DNA of 64,000 bases from an uncultured Clostridia bacterium (lineage in GTDB: Bacteria > Bacillota > Clostridia > Christensenellales > Pumilibacteraceae): positions 35,398 to 99,397 of the forward strand of contig CANDGE010000001.1 of the NCBI GenBank assembly GCA_947384195.1, in the 5' to 3' direction. This document shows, piece by piece, positions 1-9,731 of this stretch. The notes beneath the pieces were generated by a model, which made no database searches, was not told the DNA's origin, and saw only the letters and a program-made list of their open reading frames with translations. The position numbers and the translations under genes are program-made. Positions within the stretch are counted from its first letter, which is position 1. Each line of letters begins with the position of its first letter.

Positions 1-17
1 GTTTTGAATATTTTGCA

Positions 18-50
18 AGGGTCTTTTGCCGTCGGCGAAGGACCTTTTTT
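18..50 (+). terminator. Probable intrinsic terminator of an upstream gene
   Basis: Hairpin AGGGTCTTTTGCC-GTC-GGCGAAGGACCT running into a T-tract. Confidence 0.55.
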
Positions 51-123
51 ATCGGCGAGCGCGACGTTATCCGCATATTTGTCACAAAAGCAAAAAATAT
101 TGACGTAATTTTTTATCCAAGCA

Positions 124-152
124 TTGACAAAATATATTATGGGTTGTATAAT
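124..152 (+). promoter_or_regulatory. Sigma70/SigA promoter, near-leaderless transcript
   Basis: TTGACA(124-129)-17 bp-TATAAT(147-152); ATG 8 nt downstream, no SD. Confidence 0.75.
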
Positions 153-160
153 AAAACAGT

Positions 161-1705
161 ATGTTGGATTGGAGCAAGATTTTCAATATAGCGTTTGTCG
201 CGGGCGCGGGCGCGCTCGGGCTGTTCTTTTTGGTGTCGACTATCGTCGTCGCGGTCAAGGGCAAGCGGAAATGCAATGCGTTCGACGTGATATTGCGTAT
301 TTTGTCTGCGCTTGCTTTTATCGCGTCGACCGCCATGTTTGCTTGCGCCATACTTACCATGCTCAAAGGCGACGTTTGCATAACGCTCGCGGATAATGCC
401 GCAACATTGGTATTTTTCGATAAATCGGTGCAATTACCGCTTGTCGATCTGTTTGTATTGCTTTCAACCGCGATAGGGTCGGAGCTTGCGATCGCGCTGT
501 TTATTTGCAGTCTTGCGGCGCTTATAGTCGATTGCTTGGTCGCAAATAAAAAGACGGATAAAAAGAGCAAAGCGAAAGCCGCCGTCGGATCGGGCAAGAC
601 CCCCGAACAGATCAAGCGCGCCGCCGAGCTCGAAAGAATACGCAGGATAGGCGAGTCCGCCGTCAAAAAGACGGACGCCGCCGCATCGCACGCGGCGAAA
701 GTCGACGCCGATAAAGCGGTCGACGATGAGCCGCAAACCGATTGGCGCGCCGAGCCGACCGCCGAGCCCGCGAACTCGGGGTTCGTCGGTATTACCGAAA
801 ATGCGGATAACGACTTCGATACGTTCGACGACGTTTCGGACGATACGTCGAATGATACGGAGAACGCGCAAAGCGGTGAGAATGCGGAAACGCCCGACAA
901 AGCTTTCGACGACGTACAAGCATCGGAAAACGCCGAAACGGAAAGCGTCGCAGACGATCTCGATAATTTTGACGAACAAGCGGAAAGCGATACGTCGGAC
1001 GCCGTCGTCGACGATATATCGGACGACGATACGGCCGATACTGCCGACGCCGTGCCCGATCTTACGGAATTCGCCGACAGATCGGACGATGCGATCGACG
1101 TGGGCGATAGCGAGCCCGACGGCGCGGAACGTGTTTGGAACGAGCCCGACGACGAGTCGGGCGACGGGGCGTATGCCGAAATGTACGACGATACGGCGAA
1201 GTTCGATACTGCCGACGTGCGCGAAATGCCCGAATATGCCGAAAACGTCGACGCGTATGCCGATCGCGGCTATGCGCGACCCGACGAATACGACGATGTG
1301 GAGCCCGACCGCGGGATATATATTCCCGAAATACGCACGATAACCAAGTCGGGCGACGACGACGCGAGCGAAAAGCCCGCACCGCGCGCTCGATCGTCGA
1401 GCGGCAACGGCAAAAAGCCGACGCAAAAGAAAACGCCGAGCACGCCCGCAAAGCGCGCCGCGTCCGAAAGCGCGGCGACAGGCGTAAAACAGTCGACTCG
1501 CGGCAAGGCTTCTGCGACTTCGCGCATCCGAAAGAACGATAAAACGGACGGCACGCCGACCGAAAAGAAATTACCCGTGACTCGTCGTTACGTCATTCTC
1601 GACAGGCGCAACGCCGTCAATATGTTCGGCGATTATTTGCGCGAGCGCAGTTCGGCGGAAAAAGAAAAATTACAATCGTCTATAAACACTATAATCATAG
1701 AATAA
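161..1705 (+). CDS. Hypothetical membrane protein with long acidic disordered region
   Basis: About three N-terminal hydrophobic segments, D/E-rich low-complexity middle, basic segment, short C-terminal domain; consensus promoter upstream. Confidence 0.75.
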   Translation: MLDWSKIFNIAFVAGAGALGLFFLVSTIVVAVKGKRKCNAFDVILRILSALAFIASTAMFACAILTMLKGDVCITLADNAATLVFFDKSVQLPLVDLFVLLSTAIGSELAIALFICSLAALIVDCLVANKKTDKKSKAKAAVGSGKTPEQIKRAAELERIRRIGESAVKKTDAAASHAAKVDADKAVDDEPQTDWRAEPTAEPANSGFVGITENADNDFDTFDDVSDDTSNDTENAQSGENAETPDKAFDDVQASENAETESVADDLDNFDEQAESDTSDAVVDDISDDDTADTADAVPDLTEFADRSDDAIDVGDSEPDGAERVWNEPDDESGDGAYAEMYDDTAKFDTADVREMPEYAENVDAYADRGYARPDEYDDVEPDRGIYIPEIRTITKSGDDDASEKPAPRARSSSGNGKKPTQKKTPSTPAKRAASESAATGVKQSTRGKASATSRIRKNDKTDGTPTEKKLPVTRRYVILDRRNAVNMFGDYLRERSSAEKEKLQSSINTIIIE

Positions 1706-1742
1706 CGACGGTGAAAATATGAAAAACGACAGAGGGGCAAAT

Positions 1743-2687
1743 ATGTATTGTGTTGGCATCGATATCGGCGGAATGTCGATAAAAGCGGGCGTTGTCGATA
1801 AGCGCGGCAACATAGTCAAAAAGAACACCGTAACGACGGACGTTGCGGCGGGTCCGAAAAAGATCATCGACGATATCGGTAAGCTCATACTTTCCATAGT
1901 CGATATGAACGACCGCGATTTCGTGGGTATAGGGATCGGCTGTCCCGGTGCGGTCAATTCGGCGGCGGGCACTGTCGATTGCGCATACAATCTTAATTGG
2001 CGCAACGTCGCGCTTGCGGAAGAGCTGTCGCGCATAGTCAACAGACCGATCAAGGTCGGTAACGACGCAAACGTAGCGGCGCTCGGCGAAAGCATGTACG
2101 GTGCGGGTCGCATGTACACGGATACGGTCGTGCTCACTTTGGGTACGGGCGTAGGCGGCGGCGTGGTACTCGGCGGCAAGCTTTACGACGGAAACGAGGG
2201 TAAAGGCGGCGAGCTCGGGCACATGGTCATACAGGTGGACGGCGAGCAGTGCACATGCGGGCGACGCGGCTGTTTGGAAGCGTATTGCAGCGCGACGGCG
2301 CTCATGCGCGACACGCGCAAGGCAATGACCGCAAACCCTGATTCGGCGATGTGGAAGTATTCGCCCACGCTCGAGGAAGTCAGCGGACTGACGGCGTTCG
2401 AGTGCTGTAAGCAGGGCGATGCGGCGGCAAAGTCGGTCGTCGACAGGTATATAAAATATCTCGGCGAAGGTATGCTCAATTTTGCCAACATATTCCGTCC
2501 GCAAGCCATTATTTTGGGCGGCGGCGTGTGCGGTCAGGGCGATTATTTGATCGACAAACTGAAAGATTACTGCATAAAGCGCGAATACGGCTTTGCGGGC
2601 ATGCCGCGGTTCGATATACTTATCGCTCAGCTCGGCAACGATGCGGGCGTCGTAGGCGCGGCGGGGCTTATTTACGAACTCATATAA
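1743..2687 (+). CDS. ROK family glucokinase
   Basis: GIDIGG, NDANVAALGE, GTGVGGG, GELGH and CTCGRRGCLE motifs. Confidence 0.92.
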   Translation: MYCVGIDIGGMSIKAGVVDKRGNIVKKNTVTTDVAAGPKKIIDDIGKLILSIVDMNDRDFVGIGIGCPGAVNSAAGTVDCAYNLNWRNVALAEELSRIVNRPIKVGNDANVAALGESMYGAGRMYTDTVVLTLGTGVGGGVVLGGKLYDGNEGKGGELGHMVIQVDGEQCTCGRRGCLEAYCSATALMRDTRKAMTANPDSAMWKYSPTLEEVSGLTAFECCKQGDAAAKSVVDRYIKYLGEGMLNFANIFRPQAIILGGGVCGQGDYLIDKLKDYCIKREYGFAGMPRFDILIAQLGNDAGVVGAAGLIYELI

Positions 2688-2879
2688 CTTTTCGTTTTAC
2701 GCGGCGATACGGATCGACGCGGCGTAATGCGTTAAACATCAAAATACGCCGAAAATCAACAAAAATACCGCGGATATTCGTTGCGCGGCATGGTACAATA
2801 TGGCAGACGCGAAATACGCCGTGCGTTGATCGCGCTATCGTCTAACATATCGGCGCAAGTCGCCGCAAAGGAGTTTATA

Positions 2880-3419
2880 ATGAAAAGTCTTAAAGGCACA
2901 AAAACCGAAGAGAATCTTATGACGGCGTTTTCGGGCGAGAGCATGGCACGCAACAAGTACGACTATTACGCGTCCAAGGCGAAGAAAGACGGGTACGAGC
3001 AGATCGCCGCAATCTTTGCCGAAACAGCCGCCAACGAGAAAGAACACGCCAAAATTTGGTTCAAACTGTTGCACGACGGTATAGCCGACACGTTGACCAA
3101 TCTCAACGACGCCGCAAACGGCGAGCACTTCGAGTGGACGGATATGTACAAGACGTTCGCCGAGGACGCCGATAAGGAGGGCTTTACGCAGATAGCCGAG
3201 CTTTTCCGCAAGGTAGCCGCTATCGAGAAAACGCACGAAGAGCGTTACGTCAAGCTTGCCGCCAATATCGAAAAGAACGAGGTGTTCAAAAAAGGCGTTC
3301 AGGTCGTGTGGGTTTGCCTTAACTGCGGACATATGGTAGTGGGCGATACCGCGCCCACGGTTTGTCCCGTATGCGCGCACCCGCAGTCGTTCTTTGCCAT
3401 GAAAGCGGAAAATTATTAA
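2880..3419 (+). CDS. rbr: Rubrerythrin
   Basis: [19 protein letters not shown] di-iron motifs plus C-terminal CLNCG..CPVC rubredoxin-like domain; SD AAGGAG. Confidence 0.93.
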   Translation: MKSLKGTKTEENLMTAFSGESMARNKYDYYASKAKKDGYEQIAAIFAETAANEKEHAKIWFKLLHDGIADTLTNLNDAANGEHFEWTDMYKTFAEDADKEGFTQIAELFRKVAAIEKTHEERYVKLAANIEKNEVFKKGVQVVWVCLNCGHMVVGDTAPTVCPVCAHPQSFFAMKAENY

Positions 3420-3655
3420 TCTAAAGCGTTGTCTCAACGCCGTCGCGCCCGCAATGCGGATACGGCGGCGTTTTTTGTTGCGGAGTTTGTTATGCGCCGA
3501 CGCGTGCGGCGTTCGGCAATTTTGCGGACTGCGCCAAAACGCTTGAAAAAAACCGCGAGCGGTGTTATAATTATATCCGTAAGGTACGGCAAGACCGAAA
3601 GCGAAAAAACGCTGACGGTATGCGGAATATCCGTATTGCGTAAAGGCAGGTAAAA

Positions 3656-4249
3656 ATGAAAGGCAGTCTTTTGATAATATTTCAGTCCAAGCACGGGTAC
3701 GTTAAGCGTTACGTCGACATTTTGGGCAATGCGCTCGGTTGCGACGCCGTCCCGCTCGACAAGCTCAAAAGAGACATGCTCGGGTATGACAGGATATTGT
3801 ATATCGGTCCCGTGCACGGCGGGAGCATATCCGGCTTCAAAAAACTGGCGGGATATCTCGACGGCATATATAAAAAGCTTATAGTATGCGGCGTGGGAAT
3901 GTTGCCGTTTCACCAAGGCACGGCGGCGCGGCTCAAAGATACGACGATTTCGATCGAGTACGAACGGTTTATCCCCGTGTTCTATGCGCAGGGCGGATTC
4001 GACATTAACGAGCTGTCGCGCACGGAAAAGCTCACCATATCCATGATGATACGTCAATTGCAATCGGCGAGCGTTTTGAGCGACGACGATACCTTTATCC
4101 TTAACGCCGTCAAAGCGCCCGTCGACGAAGTGAAAACGGCCAATATAAAACCGCTCATAGATTTTTTGGACGGCAAGCACGTGGACGAAAAGCTGTATTC
4201 GCCGCCCGAAGAAGTCGTCAAAGAATCGGATAAAGAAGTCGCGGGATAG
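3656..4249 (+). CDS. Flavodoxin-domain protein
   Basis: N-terminal IFQSKHGYVKRY flavodoxin-like loop; YIGPVHGG and FYAQGG. Confidence 0.7.
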   Translation: MKGSLLIIFQSKHGYVKRYVDILGNALGCDAVPLDKLKRDMLGYDRILYIGPVHGGSISGFKKLAGYLDGIYKKLIVCGVGMLPFHQGTAARLKDTTISIEYERFIPVFYAQGGFDINELSRTEKLTISMMIRQLQSASVLSDDDTFILNAVKAPVDEVKTANIKPLIDFLDGKHVDEKLYSPPEEVVKESDKEVAG

Positions 4250-4250
4250 C

Positions 4251-5576
4251 GTGGACGGCATATTGCTGAAAGTAGCGTCCGTGATGTCGCGGTACGCGGG
4301 CAAAAGGATAGCCGTCGGCGTATCGGGCGGACGCGATTCCGTGTGCTTGTTGCACGCCGTGCTCAACTGCGGTGCAGTCGACAAGGCGGATATTCTCGTC
4401 GTGCACGTCAATCATTGCTTGCGCGATTCCGCCGATTCGGACGAGCTGTTCGTAAAAGAGTTTTGCGCGCGTAACGGTTTGGCGTTTCGCGCGTTTCGCG
4501 TCGACGTTTACGGCGAGTGCGCAAAAAACGGGCGCACCGTCGAGCAGGCGGCGCGCGATCTGCGGTACGGCGTTTTCGGCGCATTGATAGGATCGGGCGA
4601 CGTCGATGCGGTGCTTACCGCGCACCATGCGCTCGATAATGCCGAAAGCGTGCTCATGCACTTGTTTCGCGGCGCGGGGCTGGACGGGCTTTGCGGCATG
4701 TCGGCAGTCGACGACGAGCGCAAGCTCGCGCGCCCGCTTATAAACGTTTTTCCGCGCGAGATAGACGAATACGTTAAGCTCAACGGGCTGAGCTACGTGA
4801 CGGACGAAACCAATTTTTGCGACGATGCGGACAGGAATTTTATTCGGCTCAACGTGATCCCGCTTATAGAAAAACGCTATCTCGGCGCGGTGCGCGCGGT
4901 CAACGAACTTGCGGGCGAGTGCCGCGACGTCTGCGCGCGCTTGGACGCGGAACTCGATATGTCGCGCATAGCTCGCGACGGCGACGCCGTGACGATCGCG
5001 GACGACGCGCTCGACGGCGCGCTTGCGAGCAGATACGTGCGACGCGCGCTCGGCGAGTTTTCGCTCGTCGACGTAACGCGCGAGCAATTGCATAGGGCGG
5101 CGGCGCTTGCGCATATGCGCACTGGCGCAACCGTCGACATGAACAACGGCGTAAAGGCGACGCGCGAGTACGGGCGCATAGCGTTGTATATTCCGCGCCC
5201 CGAATGCGATACTGCCGTACCGTTAAAGACGGGCGCTAACTTTTTGGACGGCTTGGCTGTCGACGTCGCGCGCAGCGACGCATTGCCGAAGAACGTTGCC
5301 CGCGGGTGCGCGGTCGATCTCGCCGCGCTCGACGGCGCGGTGTTGCGGTTTCGCCGCGACGGCGATATGTTTTGTCCGTTCGGCGGCAAACGCAAAAAGC
5401 TTAAACAGTATTTTATCGATAAAAAGATAGAAAAGCGCAAGCGTGACAGGATCCCGCTTATTTGCAAAGGCGGCGAAGTGCTTGTCGTTGTGGGCGTGGA
5501 AGTTTCCGACGGTGCAAAGCAAACGGACAAAACGGTCGACAAAGCCGTTGTCACGCCGCGATGGCGGACGGTGTAA
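4251..5576 (+). CDS. tilS: tRNA(Ile)-lysidine synthetase
   Basis: VGVSGGRDS PP-loop, HVNHCLR, ARDLRY, AHHALDNAE, RNFIR; C-terminal TilS_C-like domain. Confidence 0.93.
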   Translation: MDGILLKVASVMSRYAGKRIAVGVSGGRDSVCLLHAVLNCGAVDKADILVVHVNHCLRDSADSDELFVKEFCARNGLAFRAFRVDVYGECAKNGRTVEQAARDLRYGVFGALIGSGDVDAVLTAHHALDNAESVLMHLFRGAGLDGLCGMSAVDDERKLARPLINVFPREIDEYVKLNGLSYVTDETNFCDDADRNFIRLNVIPLIEKRYLGAVRAVNELAGECRDVCARLDAELDMSRIARDGDAVTIADDALDGALASRYVRRALGEFSLVDVTREQLHRAAALAHMRTGATVDMNNGVKATREYGRIALYIPRPECDTAVPLKTGANFLDGLAVDVARSDALPKNVARGCAVDLAALDGAVLRFRRDGDMFCPFGGKRKKLKQYFIDKKIEKRKRDRIPLICKGGEVLVVVGVEVSDGAKQTDKTVDKAVVTPRWRTV

Positions 5577-5580
5577 GACA

Positions 5581-6261
5581 ATGGGAAACGGCGTAAATAC
5601 ATTAGGCGGCGCGCAAGTCCGAGATCGCGAAGCGGTCGAGCCGCTCGACGAAAAGCATTGCATCATACAGCCGACGGACGGGTATCGGTTCGGCGGCGAC
5701 GCGATCGCGCTTTACAAGTATGCGGCAGAAAAGACGCGAGCCGAAAGCAAGGCGTTCGATATGTGTTCGGGTTGCGGCATAGTTGGTATCTCGCTTGCGC
5801 TTGCGGTCGGTTGCGAAGTCGTCGGCGCGGAGATAGACGCGCGGCTTTGCGATATGAGCAACCGTTCGTGCGCGCTCAACGGGCTCGATCGCGTTAGATT
5901 TATCAATGTCGACGTTCGCGATATCGAAACCGCGTTTGCACGCAATGCGTTTGACGTCGTCGTGTGCAACCCGCCGTTTTTCAAGGCGGACAGCAAGCCG
6001 AGCGCGATCGCGCCCGCGGCTAACAGCGAGCTTACGGTAACGTTCGACGGCATAGTGCGGGCTACGGCATATTTATTGAAGCACGGCGGCGCGGCGTACT
6101 ACGTGCACACATCGTCGCGACTCGACGAAATATTGCACGCATGTCGCGACGGCGGACTGATGCCTAAGGAGCTTATCGTCAATACGAACGGAAAGACGTT
6201 CCTGCTTAAATGCGTGCGCGGCGCGAAGCAGGGGCTTGCCGTAAAAACCGTCGCGTTTTAA
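5581..6261 (+). CDS. SAM-dependent methyltransferase, tRNA1(Val) A37 N6-methyltransferase-like (YabB type)
   Basis: DMCSGCG motif I and NPPF motif IV; directly upstream of rsmI. Confidence 0.8.
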   Translation: MGNGVNTLGGAQVRDREAVEPLDEKHCIIQPTDGYRFGGDAIALYKYAAEKTRAESKAFDMCSGCGIVGISLALAVGCEVVGAEIDARLCDMSNRSCALNGLDRVRFINVDVRDIETAFARNAFDVVVCNPPFFKADSKPSAIAPAANSELTVTFDGIVRATAYLLKHGGAAYYVHTSSRLDEILHACRDGGLMPKELIVNTNGKTFLLKCVRGAKQGLAVKTVAF

Positions 6262-6282
6262 CCGCGCGGATAAGGAGAAAAT

Positions 6283-7107
6283 ATGCTTTACATCGTGGCG
6301 ACGCCGATAGGCAATCTCGACGAAATAACGTTGCGCGCGCTCGAAGTGTTGCGCTCGGTCGATCTCATAGCCGCAGAGGACACGCGGCATACCGCCATTC
6401 TTTTGAGCAAGTACGGGATATCGACGCGCACGACGGCGTATCACAAGTTCAACGAAAAGAGCGCGACGGGCGCGCTTATCGACATGCTCGAAAGCGGTAA
6501 GGACATCGCCGTCGTTTCCGACGCGGGTATGCCGACGGTATCCGACCCCGGTCGGGCGATAATCGACGCCGTTATAGAAAAGGGGCTCGAATACACGGTG
6601 GTCAGCGGCGCGTGCGCAGGAGTAAACGCGCTCGTGCTGTCGGGCTTGGATACTCGCGCGTTTACCGTGCTCGGATTTTTGCCCGAAAAGAACATAGACA
6701 GGCGGAGATTCGTCGAGCCGTACAAGCATGTGCCGTGCACGCTGGTGTTTTACAGCGCCGTGCACGATATCCGCAAAGACCTGGCGTTTTTGTACGAAGC
6801 GTTCGGCGCGCGCGATGTCGCTGTTTGCCGAGAAATGACCAAAAAGTTCGAGAGCGTGACTCGCGGCAGGCTGGGCGACGAGCTCGACATCACGGAAAAG
6901 GGCGAGTTTGCGATAGTCGTGGCAGGCGACGGCGCGCCGACTTTCGACGGCATATCGGTCGAAGAACATATACGCGGTTACGTCGATGGCGGCGACAGCT
7001 TGCGCGACGCGGTAAAAAAGGTAGCCGCAGACAGGCATGTGGCGAAAAGCGAGATATACAAGACCGCCGTCGGCATGAAAGAGCGCGGCGAGATATCCGA
7101 CAAATAA
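6283..7107 (+). CDS. rsmI: 16S rRNA C1402 2'-O-methyltransferase
   Basis: MLYIVATPIGNL, AEDTR, SDAGMPTVSDPG, REMTKKFE, KGEF. Confidence 0.95.
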   Translation: MLYIVATPIGNLDEITLRALEVLRSVDLIAAEDTRHTAILLSKYGISTRTTAYHKFNEKSATGALIDMLESGKDIAVVSDAGMPTVSDPGRAIIDAVIEKGLEYTVVSGACAGVNALVLSGLDTRAFTVLGFLPEKNIDRRRFVEPYKHVPCTLVFYSAVHDIRKDLAFLYEAFGARDVAVCREMTKKFESVTRGRLGDELDITEKGEFAIVVAGDGAPTFDGISVEEHIRGYVDGGDSLRDAVKKVAADRHVAKSEIYKTAVGMKERGEISDK

Positions 7108-7180
7108 CGTCGCCCGTTCGATTTTTGCGTAAATACTTGCTTTTACGCGACGGTTGTTGTATACTTAAAGCGTAGGATAT

Positions 7181-8542
7181 GTGTTTGACAATATGAAAAG
7201 CTTGGATATCGTTTGGCAGGAAATGCTGTCGATAATAGAAGTCGAGGTGCATTCGTTGGGCTTCGACGTGTGGATAAAGCCGCTTCGGCCGTTAAAGGTG
7301 GAGGACGACGTTTTGGTGCTGTGCGCGCCGACGGCGGGGGCTAAGACGGAGGTCATTGCAAAATACCTGCCGCTGTTTAAACGCGCGTTGCGCGAGATAG
7401 ATGACGCGCCGTCCGAGGTCGTCATCATTTCGGAAGAAGAACGTCCGCAAAAAACGGACGAAACGGAAGATACCGCGCCCGCGCCGCCGCCTAAGCCGCG
7501 CGCAGGCTCGCAGTGCGTGTTAAATCCGCGCTATAACTTTTCGGAGTTTGTCGTGGGCAAGTGCAATCGTATGGCGTACGAGACTGCGCTCGCCGTCGCG
7601 GAAAACCCCGGCGAACAGTTCAATCCGCTGTTCATTTACGGCGACGTGGGGCTGGGCAAGACGCACATCATGCAGGCGATAGGCAACGACCTGCGCATGA
7701 CTCACCCCAACATAAAAATGCTGTACGTGTCGACCGACACGTTTATCAACGAGTTCATAGCGTCCATACGCACCGCCAACGGCATAAACAATCAGTCGTT
7801 TCGCGACAAGTACAGAAACATCGATCTGCTGATGATAGACGACGTACAGTTTTTGAGCAAAAAGCCGTCGACGCAGGAGGAGATATTCCATACGTTCGAG
7901 GCGCTCAAAAACGCGGGCAAGCAGATGGTTTTCGCGTCCGACCGCAAGCCGCAGGATATACCCGATCTCGATAATCGCGTGCGTTCGCGGTTTGCGTCGA
8001 GCATGGTGGTCGATATTCAGCCGCCCGATCTGGAAACGCGTATAGCGATACTGCAAAAAAAATCGCAGAGCGCGAAAAAGAACATCGATGTTCGCGAGCT
8101 CACATACATAGCCGAGCACGTTACGAGCAATATCCGCGAAATGGAGGGCGTGCTCACGAAAGTGATATTCCTGTCAAAGCTGTACGAGCGCAAGGTCGAT
8201 CTTGCCATTTGTCAGGAAGCGCTCAAAGATTACAGGGTGCAGGAATGCGACGAAATAACGGCGGACGAGATAGTCGATTGTACGTGTAAGTATTACGGCG
8301 CGCAAAAAACGGACGTTCTCGGCAAGCGCAAAAACAAAGAGGTCGTCGTGCCGCGTCAGGTAGCTATATATCTGATTAACGACATGATGACGTTGCCGCT
8401 CGCCGCGATAGGCGAGTACTTCGGCGGCAGAGAACATACCACCGTCATGCACGCGCGCGACAAGATAGCCGCGCAGATAGCTACCGATGCAAAGATACGC
8501 ACGGCGGTCAACGATATCAAAGCGATGATATTGCGCAAGTAA
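7181..8542 (+). CDS. dnaA: Chromosomal replication initiator DnaA
   Basis: NPLFIYGDVGLGKTH Walker A, LLMIDD Walker B, domain IV FGGREHTTVMHA; start is GTG 7181 or ATG 7193. Confidence 0.95.
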   Translation: MFDNMKSLDIVWQEMLSIIEVEVHSLGFDVWIKPLRPLKVEDDVLVLCAPTAGAKTEVIAKYLPLFKRALREIDDAPSEVVIISEEERPQKTDETEDTAPAPPPKPRAGSQCVLNPRYNFSEFVVGKCNRMAYETALAVAENPGEQFNPLFIYGDVGLGKTHIMQAIGNDLRMTHPNIKMLYVSTDTFINEFIASIRTANGINNQSFRDKYRNIDLLMIDDVQFLSKKPSTQEEIFHTFEALKNAGKQMVFASDRKPQDIPDLDNRVRSRFASSMVVDIQPPDLETRIAILQKKSQSAKKNIDVRELTYIAEHVTSNIREMEGVLTKVIFLSKLYERKVDLAICQEALKDYRVQECDEITADEIVDCTCKYYGAQKTDVLGKRKNKEVVVPRQVAIYLINDMMTLPLAAIGEYFGGREHTTVMHARDKIAAQIATDAKIRTAVNDIKAMILRK

Positions 8543-8612
8543 AACGATTGCGACGCAATAAAACGTTGCGTCGGTTGTTGACATATTCGGTTTAATGGTG
8601 TATGATATAACT

Positions 8613-9011
8613 ATGGATAGCGGAACAAAACCACGAAGTAGACCGATCGCGGTCACAGTCGCGTCGGAGCGAGAGCCCGTAGAGTGTGCGGGGGAGTTTG
8701 TCGAAAAGGCAGGCGGTTTTGTTTTGCGGTTTTGTATGGGGAACGACGATTTTACAGTCGAGCATGATAAGAGCGGCACACGCGTGTCCGCGCGCGGAGT
8801 CATGAGTTACGACATAGTTTTGAGCGACGTCGATACCGAGACGTTGCTCGCCACGCCGTACGGAAAAATGAGATTCGCCGTTACGACCGCGGAACGCAAG
8901 ATCTCGCTGACCGATAACGGGGTAGATATAAAATTGGTATACGTCATGTCGTCGCAGGCGGCAGGACAGATGGAACGCGCCGTCGAACTGTCGGCGCGCT
9001 TTTCCGAATAA
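8613..9011 (+). CDS. DUF1934-like beta-barrel hypothetical protein
   Basis: ATPYGKM..V.T pattern; TTGACA(8578)-17-TATGAT(8601) promoter 6 nt before ATG. Confidence 0.6.
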   Translation: MDSGTKPRSRPIAVTVASEREPVECAGEFVEKAGGFVLRFCMGNDDFTVEHDKSGTRVSARGVMSYDIVLSDVDTETLLATPYGKMRFAVTTAERKISLTDNGVDIKLVYVMSSQAAGQMERAVELSARFSE

Positions 9012-9038
9012 AAATCAAGGGTAAAGGAACAAATCGAA

Positions 9039-9695
9039 ATGAAGATCAAATGGTTGGGACATTCGGCGTTTTTGCTGACGGAAAGCACCGGTATAACGGT
9101 GCTCACCGATCCGTTCGATCCTGATATGGTCGGGTACGGGTTTACCGCGCCGACAGTGGATATAGTCACCGTGTCGCACGGACATGCCGACCACAATTAT
9201 TTGGAGGGCGTCGATTCCTATAAGCAGGTATACGACGCGCCCGGTAAGTTCGAGTACGAAGGCAGAGTGCACGTCACGGGCATACAGTCCTTTCACGACG
9301 ACGAGGAAGGCGCAAAGCGCGGCAAGAACATTATCTACAAGTTCGGCATGGACGGCGTGAGCGTTTGTCATATGGGCGATATAGGCGAGCCGTGCAGTCC
9401 CGAGCTCATAGAACGGCTGTTGCCCGTCGACGTACTGATGATACCCGTCGGCGGCAATTACACGGTCGACGCCGAACTCGCCAAGGAATACGTCGACAGA
9501 CTGATGCCGCAGATAGTGATACCGATGCATTACAAGATCAAGCATTGCGAGCTCGATATCGACAAGCCCGATGCGTTTATACGCGCGTTTGACGGCGAGT
9601 ACGTCGAAGACGACGTCGCCGAACTCGAACTCGACCGTAGCGACTTCGACGAGAATACTCCGACACGGCTTGTCGTGCTGAAAAGACAAAAATAA
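9039..9695 (+). CDS. MBL-fold metallo-hydrolase
   Basis: WLGHSAF, TDPF, SHGHADH, HMGD, IPMHY. Confidence 0.9.
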   Translation: MKIKWLGHSAFLLTESTGITVLTDPFDPDMVGYGFTAPTVDIVTVSHGHADHNYLEGVDSYKQVYDAPGKFEYEGRVHVTGIQSFHDDEEGAKRGKNIIYKFGMDGVSVCHMGDIGEPCSPELIERLLPVDVLMIPVGGNYTVDAELAKEYVDRLMPQIVIPMHYKIKHCELDIDKPDAFIRAFDGEYVEDDVAELELDRSDFDENTPTRLVVLKRQK

Positions 9696-9696
9696 A

Positions 9697-9731
9697 AAAA
9701 TCGGTCGAGCTTTTGATGCGCGACCGATTTT
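9697..9731. terminator. Bidirectional terminator between convergent genes
   Basis: AAAATCGGTCG...CGACCGATTTT inverted repeat. Confidence 0.65.

Noticed and set aside
60-125. DnaA-box-like TTATCCGCA and TTATCCAAG near the window start as oriC
   Set aside because: Only two mismatched boxes in a short promoter region, with no clear unwinding element
3569-3581. 13-bp match AATTATATCCGTA to 33065-33077
   Set aside because: Matches of this length are expected by chance in 64 kb, and there is no positional support
3572-3655. Hairpinned 5' leader of the flavodoxin-tilS operon as a riboswitch
   Set aside because: Small stems are present but match no riboswitch consensus I can support
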